Assembly (NCBI RefSeq): GCF_988243305.1
Contig: NZ_OZ547136.1
Strand: one strand, 5' to 3'
Length of the DNA: 64,000 nt
Shown here in pieces: positions 32,735-41,571 of this stretch. Within the stretch, counting starts at the first letter, position 1. Every line of letters begins with the position of its first letter. The notes under the pieces were generated by a model, which saw only the letters and a list, made by a program, of their open reading frames with translations, had not been told where the DNA came from and did not search any database. Made by a program: the position numbers and the translations under genes.

Positions 32735-33501
32735 TGCATCTTTACTGGGTGGCACTAAAAAGCATCTGGGCGAAAGAGATCCATCGCTTTATGCGTATCT
32801 GGGTGCAGACGCTGGTGCCACCGGTCATCACCATGACCCTTTACTTTATTATCTTCGGTAACCTGATTGGTTCGCGTATTGGCGATATGCATGGCTTCAG
32901 CTACATGCAGTTCATTGTACCGGGGCTGATCATGATGTCGGTGATCACCAACGCCTACGCTAACGTCGCGTCATCATTTTTTGGTGCCAAGTTCCAGCGT
33001 AATATTGAAGAGCTGCTGGTAGCGCCGGTTCCGACTCACGTCATTATTGCCGGATATGTCGGCGGTGGCGTGGCGCGTGGTCTGTTTGTTGGCATTCTGG
33101 TGACGGCAATTTCACTGTTTTTTGTGCCGTTTCAGGTGCATTCGTGGGTATTTGTCGCTTTAACGCTGGTGCTCACGGCGGTGTTGTTCTCCCTTGCGGG
33201 TTTGCTGAACGGCGTGTTTGCCAAAACGTTCGATGACATCAGCCTGGTGCCAACCTTTGTGTTAACGCCACTTACGTATTTGGGCGGGGTCTTTTACTCA
33301 CTGACTTTGTTGCCGCCGTTCTGGCAAGGGCTGTCGCACCTGAACCCAATCGTTTATATGATCAGTGGTTTCCGCTACGGCTTCCTCGGTATCAATGATG
33401 TTCCGCTGGTCACTACCTTCGGTGTACTGGTGGTCTTTATTGTGGCGTTTTATTTGATCTGTTGGTCGCTGATCCAACGTGGACGTGGTTTGCGTAGCTA
33501 A
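32731..33501 (+). CDS. yadH: ABC-2 type transporter permease
   Basis: 256-aa polytopic membrane protein; start overlaps yadG stop (ATGA). Confidence 0.9.
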   Translation: MMHLYWVALKSIWAKEIHRFMRIWVQTLVPPVITMTLYFIIFGNLIGSRIGDMHGFSYMQFIVPGLIMMSVITNAYANVASSFFGAKFQRNIEELLVAPVPTHVIIAGYVGGGVARGLFVGILVTAISLFFVPFQVHSWVFVALTLVLTAVLFSLAGLLNGVFAKTFDDISLVPTFVLTPLTYLGGVFYSLTLLPPFWQGLSHLNPIVYMISGFRYGFLGINDVPLVTTFGVLVVFIVAFYLICWSLIQRGRGLRS

Positions 33502-33509
33502 GGCTATTT

Positions 33510-33541
33510 CCTCTCCTCTGGATTTGGGGGAGAGGAGTTTT
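33510..33541 (+). terminator. Hairpin plus T-run after yadH
   Basis: cctctcc...ggagagg inverted repeat followed by agtttt. Confidence 0.4.
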
Positions 33542-33605
33542 GACGGCTATCACCCTTTATCAACAATGGTCAGGGTAGACTGATTTTCGGCTAAGGAGGA
33601 AGGCG

Positions 33606-34046
33606 ATGTTAGGTTGGGTAATTACCTGTCACGATGACCGGGCGCAAGAGATACTGGATGCGCTGGAGAAAAAACATGGGGCACTTCTTCAGTGCCGGGC
33701 CGTGAATTTCTGGCGTGGGTTAAGCTCTAATATGCTCAGCCGCATGATGTGCGATGCTCTGCATGAAGCGGACTCTGGTGAGGGTGTCATCTTCTTAACC
33801 GATATAGCCGGAGCGCCGCCGTACCGCGTGGCTTCGCTATTAAGCCATAAACATTCCCGCTGCGAAGTGATTTCTGGCGTCACGTTACCGTTAATTGAGC
33901 AGATGCTGGCCTACCGTGAAACGTTATCCAGCGCAGAGTTTCGCGAGCGTATTGTCGAACTGGGTGCGCCGGAGGTGAGTAGTCTTTGGCACCAGCAACA
34001 AAAAAATCCGCCTTTCGTCCTCAAACATAATTTGTATGAGTATTAA
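33606..34046 (+). CDS. yadI: PTS EIIA-like protein (mannose family)
   Basis: 146-aa ORF; position and sequence match yadI. Confidence 0.85.
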   Translation: MLGWVITCHDDRAQEILDALEKKHGALLQCRAVNFWRGLSSNMLSRMMCDALHEADSGEGVIFLTDIAGAPPYRVASLLSHKHSRCEVISGVTLPLIEQMLAYRETLSSAEFRERIVELGAPEVSSLWHQQQKNPPFVLKHNLYEY

Positions 34047-34109
34047 CCCGCGATTCTGATGGCGCTTTTGCTACAATAAAAGCGTTGTTTCACCCTCGGT
34101 TATTTTTTC

Positions 34110-35339
34110 ATGTACAAACAAGCTGTTATTCTCCTGCTGATGCTGTTTACCGCAAGCGTCAGTGCCGCGTTACCTGCCCGTTATATGCAAACCATCGAAA
34201 ATGCTGCGGTCTGGGCGCAAATTGGCGACAAGATGGTGACGGTGGGGAATATTCGGGCCGGACAAATCATTGCCGTGGAGCCCACTGCCGCAAGTTATTA
34301 CGCATTTAATTTTGGCTTTGGTAAAGGGTTTATCGATAAAGGTCATCTCGAGCCGGTTCAGGGGCGACAAAAAGTTGAAGACGGTTTGGGTGACCTCAAC
34401 AAGCCGCTGAGTAATCAGAACTTAGTTACCTGGAAAGATACGCCGGTCTACAACGCGCCGAGTGCGGGCAGTGCGCCGTTTGGGGTACTGGCGGACAATT
34501 TGCGCTACCCAATTTTGCATAAACTGAAAGACAGGTTAAATCAAACCTGGTATCAGATCCGTATTGGCGATCGACTGGCCTATATCAGCGCGCTGGATGC
34601 CCAACCCGATAATGGCCTGCCGGTGCTAACCTATCACCATATTCTGCGCGACGAAGAAAACACCCGTTTTCGCCATACTTCGACGACCACCTCGGTACGC
34701 GCTTTCAATAACCAGATGGCCTGGCTGCGCGACAGGGGATACGTGACACTGAGCATGGCGCAACTGGAAGGTTACGTGAAGAATAAGATCAACCTCCCTG
34801 CGCGAGCGGTGGTGATTACCTTTGATGATGGCCTAAAGTCGGTGAGCCGCTATGCGTATCCTGTGTTGAAACAATATGGCATGAAGGCGACGGCGTTTAT
34901 TGTTACCTCGCGCATCAAACGTCACCCGCAGAAGTGGGACCCAAAATCGCTGCAATTTATGAGCGTTTCTGAACTTAACGAAATTCGCGATGTATTTGAT
35001 TTCCAGTCACATACCCATTTTTTGCATCGGGTGGATGGTTATCGCCGACCCATATTACTGAGCCGTAGTGAGCACAATATTCTGTTTGATTTTGCACGTT
35101 CACGCCGCGCTCTGGCGCAATTTAATCCGCATGTCTGGTATCTTTCGTATCCGTTTGGCGGATTTAATGACAAAGCCGTGAAGGCAGCAAAAGAAGCCGG
35201 ATTTCACCTGGCGGTGACAACCATGAAAGGCAAAGTAAAACCGGGGGATAATCCGTTGTTACTAAAACGACTTTATATCTTAAGAACGGATTCGCTGGAG
35301 ACAATGTCGCGGCTGGTGAGTAACCAGCCGCAGGGGTGA
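34110..35339 (+). CDS. yadE: Polysaccharide deacetylase family exported protein
   Basis: 409 aa with signal peptide; NodB-type deacetylase region (VITFDDG). Confidence 0.85.
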   Translation: MYKQAVILLLMLFTASVSAALPARYMQTIENAAVWAQIGDKMVTVGNIRAGQIIAVEPTAASYYAFNFGFGKGFIDKGHLEPVQGRQKVEDGLGDLNKPLSNQNLVTWKDTPVYNAPSAGSAPFGVLADNLRYPILHKLKDRLNQTWYQIRIGDRLAYISALDAQPDNGLPVLTYHHILRDEENTRFRHTSTTTSVRAFNNQMAWLRDRGYVTLSMAQLEGYVKNKINLPARAVVITFDDGLKSVSRYAYPVLKQYGMKATAFIVTSRIKRHPQKWDPKSLQFMSVSELNEIRDVFDFQSHTHFLHRVDGYRRPILLSRSEHNILFDFARSRRALAQFNPHVWYLSYPFGGFNDKAVKAAKEAGFHLAVTTMKGKVKPGDNPLLLKRLYILRTDSLETMSRLVSNQPQG

Positions 35340-35342
35340 TTA

Positions 35343-35723
35343 TCAGGCAACCTGTACCGGAATGGCTTTCGCGGTACGTTTCATTTCGTTGTCGCCTTCA
35401 AAATAGGCGACGTTGGGCCGCCAGGTGCGAGCTTCTTCATCTGGCATGGTAACGAAGCTGGCGATGATGACAATATCGCCGACGCTGGCGCAGTGGGCCG
35501 CCGCACCGTTAACGGAAATAATTCTCGAACCGCGTTCTGCCGCGATGGCATAAGTGGAGAAACGCTTGCCGTTGGTGACATTCCAGATATCAATGGCTTC
35601 GTTTTCGAGAATACCGGCTGCGTCAAGAAAATCCTGGTCAATGGCGCAAGAACCTTCATAGTGCAGGTCCGCATGAGTCACTTTCACGCGGTGGAGTTTG
35701 CCCTGCAGCATCGTGCGAATCAT
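35343..35723 (-). CDS. panD: Aspartate 1-decarboxylase proenzyme
   Basis: 126-aa ORF recognised as PanD ([29 protein letters not shown]...). Confidence 0.95.
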
Positions 35724-35996
35724 AACTTCTACCTTTCTACCCTGTCGTTAACGAAGCAGGCGATGCCTGCTTTGAGGAAATTCTCACGCAGTATTGCCCG
35801 ATTTTTGTTTAGTGTCTACTCATCTGACGGCATTTGCATCAGCAGTTTGCGTACCGTGCCGAAGCGTGCCATGTAACGCCTGTAACCAATTGAAATTTCT
35901 CTGAACGCTGCTCGGTAAACAATAAAGAGGCGGCTGACGACGGCGCGCCTTGACTGGATACTGCCTTCACGCAAGACAACACGGAAGGCAGGGAAG

Positions 35997-36941
35997 ATGG
36001 ATGCACCGAGTACCACACCGCATGACGCGGTATTTAAACAATTTTTAATGCATGCGGAAACGGCTCGTGACTTTCTGGATATCCATTTGCCAGCGGAACT
36101 ACGCGAACTGTGTGACCTCGACACGCTGCATCTTGAGTCGGGGAGTTTTATTGAAGAAAGCCTGAAAGGGCACAGCACTGACGTGCTCTATTCCGTGCAA
36201 ATGCAGGGTAATCCCGGTTATTTGCATGTGGTGATTGAACATCAAAGCAAGCCGGATAAGAAAATGGCCTTTCGCATGATGCGTTATTCTATTGCTGCCA
36301 TGCACCGGCATCTGGAGGCGGATCACGATAAGCTGCCGCTGGTGGTGCCGATTCTGTTTTATCAGGGCGAGGCCACACCTTATCCGCTCTCAATGTGCTG
36401 GTTTGATATGTTTTACTCGCCGGAGCTGGCGCGACGCGTTTACAACAACCCTTTCCCGCTGGTGGATATCACCATCACACCGGATGACGAAATCATGCAG
36501 CATCGGCGGATTGCGATTCTCGAACTACTGCAAAAACATATTCGCCAGCGCGACTTAATGTTATTGCTGGAGCAACTGGTCACGCTGATTGACGAAGGGT
36601 ACACTAGCGGAAGTCAGTTAGTTGCCATGCAAAACTATATGCTGCAACGCGGTCATACTGAACAAGCGGATTTGTTTTATGGTGTGCTGAGAGACAGGGA
36701 AACGGGAGGGGAGTCTATGATGACGCTGGCGCAGTGGTTTGAAGAGAGGGGAAGACAGGAAGGAAGACAGGAGGTAAGACAAGAGGTAAGACAAGAGGTA
36801 AGACAAGAGGTAATACAGGAAGTAACACAGGAAGTAAGTCAGGAATTCGCCCAGCGTCTTCTGAGTAAAGGAATGTCTCGGGAAGACGTTGCAGAGATGG
36901 CAAATTTACCCCTTGCCGAGATTGATAAGCTGATTAACTAA
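35997..36941 (+). CDS. rpnC: Recombination-promoting nuclease RpnC (YhgA-like, PD-(D/E)XK family)
   Basis: 314-aa ORF; position between panD and panC matches yadD/rpnC; C-terminal region carries RQEV-type tandem repeats. Confidence 0.8.
   Translation: MDAPSTTPHDAVFKQFLMHAETARDFLDIHLPAELRELCDLDTLHLESGSFIEESLKGHSTDVLYSVQMQGNPGYLHVVIEHQSKPDKKMAFRMMRYSIAAMHRHLEADHDKLPLVVPILFYQGEATPYPLSMCWFDMFYSPELARRVYNNPFPLVDITITPDDEIMQHRRIAILELLQKHIRQRDLMLLLEQLVTLIDEGYTSGSQLVAMQNYMLQRGHTEQADLFYGVLRDRETGGESMMTLAQWFEERGRQEGRQEVRQEVRQEVRQEVIQEVTQEVSQEFAQRLLSKGMSREDVAEMANLPLAEIDKLIN
36750..36845. repeat. 12-nt tandem repeat (about 8 units) within rpnC 3' region
   Basis: gaagacaggaag / gtaagacaagag units repeated, encoding RQEG-RQEV-RQEV-RQEV-RQEV-IQEV-TQEV-SQE. 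Confidence 0.8.
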
Positions 36942-37009
36942 GTTGTCTGCATCATCAGTTATAGCCAGATAATTGTTATTGTTAACTGACCAGATAATTA
37001 AGGGAACCT

Positions 37010-37225
37010 ATGGAAATAAAGACACGGAGAGAAACCAGGCAGACGTTGGCGCAGTGGTTTGAAGAGAAGGGATTTCAGAAGGGATTTCAGAAGGGATATA
37101 AAGAGGGACTCCGGAAGGTAAGGCTGGCACAGCGTCTTCTGAGTAAAGGAATGTCTCGGGAAGACGTTGCAGAGATGGCAACTTTATCTCTTACAGAGGT
37201 TGATAAGCTAATTAACTCTAACTAA
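37010..37225 (+). CDS. Stand-alone Rpn C-terminal-domain-like small ORF (duplicated rpnC tail; gene or remnant)
   Basis: 71-aa ORF ...TLAQWFEEKGFQKGFQKGYKEGL...AQRLLSKGMSREDVAEMATLSLTEVDKLIN parallels the RpnC C-terminus; nucleotide blocks from 36720-36950 recur at 37035-37235. Confidence 0.45.
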   Translation: MEIKTRRETRQTLAQWFEEKGFQKGFQKGYKEGLRKVRLAQRLLSKGMSREDVAEMATLSLTEVDKLINSN

Positions 37226-37306
37226 GTTGTCTGCGTTATGAATTATCGCTTACAGATAACGTGGCAATGAATAACTGGCGCCATCAGCCGTAGCGCCAGT
37301 TAAGTA

Positions 37307-38158
37307 TTACACCAGCTCGACTATTTTGTTGTCGATCAGGCGGGCATCGCCAAGCCAGGCGGCTACCAGAATCACTGCACGTTTGCTGTTTTCAGAGACC
37401 TCCAGCAAGGTGTCGGCATCACGAATCTGAATATCATCGGCGCGGAAGCCTTTTTCATTCAGTTCTTGCCCGGCAATAGTAATAATTTCATCGAGATCCC
37501 GTTCGCCAGCCTGCAATTTGTCGGCAATCGAACTTAAAACCTTGTACAGACCAGGCGCAATTTTGCGTTGTTCCGCCGTCAGATAACCGTTACGGGAACT
37601 CAGCGCCAGACCGTCTTTGGCGCGCATAATTGGCACACCGACAATCTCAATATCAAAGCCCATATCAGCAACCATTTTGCGGATCAGCGCCAGTTGCTGA
37701 AAATCTTTTTCACCGAAGCAGGCGATGTCCGGCTGGACCAGATTGAACAGCTTGCTGACGATAGTCGAAACGCCGCGAAAATGTCCCGGACGGCTGGCAC
37801 CTTCCAGCATGGTAGAAAGACCGGGAACATCAACATAGGTGTGGGTTTCTGTACCGTTCGGGTAGATCTCTTTTACCGAAGGGGCGAAAACTAAATCCAC
37901 TTTGCGCTTGTTCAGCTTTTCGCAGTCCTCTTGCAAGGTCCGTGGATAACGTGCCAGATCTTCCGGGCGGTCGAACTGCATCGGGTTAACGAAAATACTG
38001 ACGACGACCACATCGGCGCGGGCTTTGGCTTCGTCGACCAGCTTCATATGGCCGTCGTGCAGGTTACCCATGGTGGGCACCAGCGCCACGCGCTTACCTT
38101 CCATACGCAGGCGGCGGATTTGCTGACGCAGCAGCGGCAGGGTTTCGATAATTAACAC
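37307..38158 (-). CDS. panC: Pantoate--beta-alanine ligase (pantothenate synthetase)
   Basis: 283-aa ORF recognised as PanC. Confidence 0.95.
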   Translation of the reverse strand: MLIIETLPLLRQQIRRLRMEGKRVALVPTMGNLHDGHMKLVDEAKARADVVVVSIFVNPMQFDRPEDLARYPRTLQEDCEKLNKRKVDLVFAPSVKEIYPNGTETHTYVDVPGLSTMLEGASRPGHFRGVSTIVSKLFNLVQPDIACFGEKDFQQLALIRKMVADMGFDIEIVGVPIMRAKDGLALSSRNGYLTAEQRKIAPGLYKVLSSIADKLQAGERDLDEIITIAGQELNEKGFRADDIQIRDADTLLEVSENSKRAVILVAAWLGDARLIDNKIVELV

Positions 38159-38169
38159 AACGTCACTCC

Positions 38170-38964
38170 TTAATGGAAACTGTGTTCTTCGCCCGGATAA
38201 ACGCCGGACTCCACTTCAGCCATATACTGCCGCACAGCCGCGCGGATGTCGCCCGTTTCGGCGAGGAAATTTTTGGCGAATTTAGGAATATGACCGCCGG
38301 TAATGCCGAATGCGTCGTGCATCACGAGAATTTGCCCGTCAGTGACGTTGCCTGCGCCAATGCCAATAACCGGGATCGCCAGTGCTTCGGTAATACGTTT
38401 TGCCAGTTCAACCGGCACGCACTCCAGTACCAGCAGTTGTGCCCCAGCAGCTTCTAAAGCTAATGCATCGCTGAGCAGTCGATCGGCCGCTTCATCGCCG
38501 CGCCCCTGGACTTTGTAGCCACCGAAAATATTCACTGACTGTGGGGTTAAACCTAAGTGACCACAAACAGGAACGGCACGTTCGGTCAGCATTTGTACGG
38601 TTTCTACCAGCCACTCACCGCCCTCAATTTTGACCATGTTGGCACCGGCACGCATGACAGTCGCGGCGTTTTGAAAGGCTTGTTCTGGTGTGGCATACGC
38701 CATAAACGGCAGATCAGCCAGCAGCAGACAGTTTGGCGCACCGCGACGTACAGCAGCAGTGTGGTAGGCGATATCGGCAACGGTAACTGGCAGAGTGGAG
38801 TCATGCCCCTGAACCGTCATGCCCAGTGAATCGCCAACCAGCATGACGTTAAGCCCTTCATCGGCAAACAGTTTTGCGAAGCTATAGTCGTAAGCGGTGA
38901 TGGTCGCGAAACGTTTTTTTTCTTGTTTGCATTTTTGCAATGAAGCAATAGTGGTTGGTTTCAT
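38170..38964 (-). CDS. panB: 3-methyl-2-oxobutanoate hydroxymethyltransferase
   Basis: 264-aa ORF recognised as PanB. Confidence 0.95.
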   Translation of the reverse strand: MKPTTIASLQKCKQEKKRFATITAYDYSFAKLFADEGLNVMLVGDSLGMTVQGHDSTLPVTVADIAYHTAAVRRGAPNCLLLADLPFMAYATPEQAFQNAATVMRAGANMVKIEGGEWLVETVQMLTERAVPVCGHLGLTPQSVNIFGGYKVQGRGDEAADRLLSDALALEAAGAQLLVLECVPVELAKRITEALAIPVIGIGAGNVTDGQILVMHDAFGITGGHIPKFAKNFLAETGDIRAAVRQYMAEVESGVYPGEEHSFH

Positions 38965-39077
38965 AACGTATCCTGATAAGTAATGTCGTGCTGTCTGGCA
39001 TTTTATCAGTCACATTGGTGGGGGCAATGATTTATCAATTACAGCACCGCCAGATGATGGCGGTGCGGTTAAACCTG

Positions 39078-40328
39078 TTACTCGTAGGTGACCTGGAATG
39101 TACTGGTAGCCTTAAATCCGCCGGGTTTCACAGTTGCATTACCATCGCGTTTTAATGTTGCCTGAAATTTCAGGTCCTGGGTTGTAGTACGACCGTTGGC
39201 ATTAGGATAATCTGGGTTATAAATTCCATTGTTTTCTCCAGGATCATCTTCAGCATCGTTATAGCTTGATGTCTCATCATTTGGCTTAAGCGTGAAATTT
39301 TGTGAATTTTTGCTGTTGGGTAACCCTTCAATAAGTACTCCGGCACCTTTTGCATCATCGGTTCCTGTCAAAGTATTACCAAGCAACAGAGGATTATTCA
39401 CTCCTACTACATTAGATTTTAGTTTTGTTTTAATACTGCTTATACGAACACAATTTTGCAGCGAGATCTGAAAATTAACAGGTGTTGCAGAATCTGAGGT
39501 GATCTGTCCAACAGTATATTCCCCGAGATTTACGGTTGATCGCGTTACGCTCTCACCCAAAAGGATAGACGTAAAGCATGTTGGCAGTTGGATATTGATG
39601 TCTGTTAAATTAAAATCAATTTTTAGCATCTTAGATGCACTTACATTTGGAACCCCTGGCCCTTCATTTGCGAATGAATACAAATAATCACCAGTATGTT
39701 TTAATTGCACGTTAGTATTTGGAGCAGGGTTAAAACTGCTGTCGGTATAGAATTCCACCGTGGCATCGTGCAAAAGACCTCCGACTGCTTGATACCTGGA
39801 AGTATTACATTGACCTCGTATATAATCACCCGTAATAGAAAATTGTACAGTGTGCCAGCCATCGTCTCCAACGTATATATCTGGAGAGCTTGAGCGAAGT
39901 TCATACGACCAGAATCTATTGAGCATTAACGTATAATATAGACCGGTTACATTAGTTTCATATAATCTGTGCCCATCTGCCATTTTTCCTGAGTCAACCA
40001 TGTTATGCCGGACAGTAATTGGCATACCGCTGGAATTATTTTTTGAAGTACAATATACAAACCCACGGCTACTTGATGTGTCCAGTTCACTCCAATATAA
40101 TTTTATTTTTGCATTGGTCGGTGTGGTGGATGTTGGATTATAAAATACAATATTGTTTACTCCACCAACCGGATAGGAAAATGATATTAGTTTATCGCCT
40201 GATGGGCCATTAAGGTTTCCTACGCCAGCATCGTCACCGACCATAAAAGTAAGATTTTCAGCATTTACATTATTAATGCTGGCTGTGATAATCCATAAAA
40301 AAAGAAAGTATCGGAACGCTGACTTCAT
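39078..40328 (-). CDS. yadC: Chaperone-usher fimbrial tip adhesin-like protein
   Basis: Start trimmed to MKSAFRYFLFLWIITASINNVNA (signal peptide); last gene of the yad fimbrial operon; C-terminal pilin domain. Confidence 0.85.
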   Translation of the reverse strand: MKSAFRYFLFLWIITASINNVNAENLTFMVGDDAGVGNLNGPSGDKLISFSYPVGGVNNIVFYNPTSTTPTNAKIKLYWSELDTSSSRGFVYCTSKNNSSGMPITVRHNMVDSGKMADGHRLYETNVTGLYYTLMLNRFWSYELRSSSPDIYVGDDGWHTVQFSITGDYIRGQCNTSRYQAVGGLLHDATVEFYTDSSFNPAPNTNVQLKHTGDYLYSFANEGPGVPNVSASKMLKIDFNLTDINIQLPTCFTSILLGESVTRSTVNLGEYTVGQITSDSATPVNFQISLQNCVRISSIKTKLKSNVVGVNNPLLLGNTLTGTDDAKGAGVLIEGLPNSKNSQNFTLKPNDETSSYNDAEDDPGENNGIYNPDYPNANGRTTTQDLKFQATLKRDGNATVKPGGFKATSTFQVTYE

Positions 40329-40379
40329 CTTATCACTCCTTTGAAAAAATAATATTTGTAGATGCGTTATGTCTGGCAT

Positions 40380-40979
40380 TTATTGATAATAAATATCAAC
40401 TAATACATTGCTGGTGACAAATCCTGCACCAACGGGAAGTAACGGATCAATTTTTTGCATTCGTGTATAAAATTGCCACGATGAATTATTCATGTTTGCA
40501 GAGGCAACTGGCCAGACTGTGCGAAACTGCCCTGTTGGTGACAGCACATTCACTGTGTCCGATGACTGATTATTTTGGCTAAAAATCACGATTCCTACAT
40601 TTTGTGCACCGCCGACATGATTATTGGCGAATATCTGTTGGCTACCAGTGGCCATTACACCACTGACAGGTTTAAATTCTATATGCAACTGGCTTGATGT
40701 TGTGCCAGCGGAGGGGCAATCTTTTACTGTCACAGTAAAGGTCTTTCCGCCTGGATAATTATCTTCCGCACTAACATTACTGGCAAAATATCCCACTCCA
40801 ACAGTGCCAAGGTTAACCAACCCCTGGTTGCTGATTTCGCTTTGACAAGTTCTGTTTTCAACAGTGGTCATAACGTTTAGGCCAATGTTATCCGTGATGG
40901 CTATAGAAAACGTGCTGAATAATAATAAGCTCAGAGTAATGCTTGCAAATATCCCATAATGTAATGATTTCATCTGCAT
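40380..40979 (-). CDS. Fimbrial minor subunit (YadK/YadL/YadM family)
   Basis: About 199 aa with signal peptide and fimbrial-subunit-like C-terminus (...VLVDIYYQ); exact start uncertain. Confidence 0.75.
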   Translation of the reverse strand: MQMKSLHYGIFASITLSLLLFSTFSIAITDNIGLNVMTTVENRTCQSEISNQGLVNLGTVGVGYFASNVSAEDNYPGGKTFTVTVKDCPSAGTTSSQLHIEFKPVSGVMATGSQQIFANNHVGGAQNVGIVIFSQNNQSSDTVNVLSPTGQFRTVWPVASANMNNSSWQFYTRMQKIDPLLPVGAGFVTSNVLVDIYYQ

Positions 40980-40992
40980 TATTATTATCCTT

Positions 40993-41559
40993 TTATTCGT
41001 AGGTGAAATTGAATGTCGCAAGTGCTTTAAAATTACCTGCTCTTCCTGAACCTGGTCGGGTTTCGCGAAGTGCTACCGTCATCTCAAGTTCCGGTTTTGT
41101 TAATCCCTCTCCCCAGGAAATCTTTTTAGAACCATCTGGGGGAATAAATTCAGTGTCAGAGGCATTTCGAAGTTTAATCCCCATAGCAATATATTCTGTG
41201 GTGGATGAATTATCTGAAGTTAATGGAGAAATTAAATAGGGTAACTCTACTGAAGGATTCCCTGCCAGCGATGTCGTAATCTTGCCTATGTTACCATCAC
41301 AATTAGCGACCAGTTTAAAGTCGGCTTGTGCTTCTGGCATCTTGTTTATGATTTTATCCAGAGCAACATTTAATATCCGTAGCGTGTACTGATTATTGCC
41401 ATCAGCGGTGACGCGTGTCCCTTCCAGAGTGATATTACATGTCGTGCCTTTGATTGTGGCAACAAAATCAACATTAATATCTTGTGCCAGTGCGCCGGGC
41501 AGTAAAAAAATGCCTGCCAGGAGTACTATTTTATACCGTGTGTTTTTTATCATTGTCAT
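40993..41559 (-). CDS. Fimbrial minor subunit (YadK/YadL/YadM family)
   Basis: 188 aa, signal peptide MTMIKNTRYKIVLLAGIFLLPGALA, C-terminus ...ALATFNFTYE typical of a donor-strand-complemented pilin. Confidence 0.75.
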   Translation of the reverse strand: MTMIKNTRYKIVLLAGIFLLPGALAQDINVDFVATIKGTTCNITLEGTRVTADGNNQYTLRILNVALDKIINKMPEAQADFKLVANCDGNIGKITTSLAGNPSVELPYLISPLTSDNSSTTEYIAMGIKLRNASDTEFIPPDGSKKISWGEGLTKPELEMTVALRETRPGSGRAGNFKALATFNFTYE

Positions 41560-41571
41560 CTCTCTTTCGTA

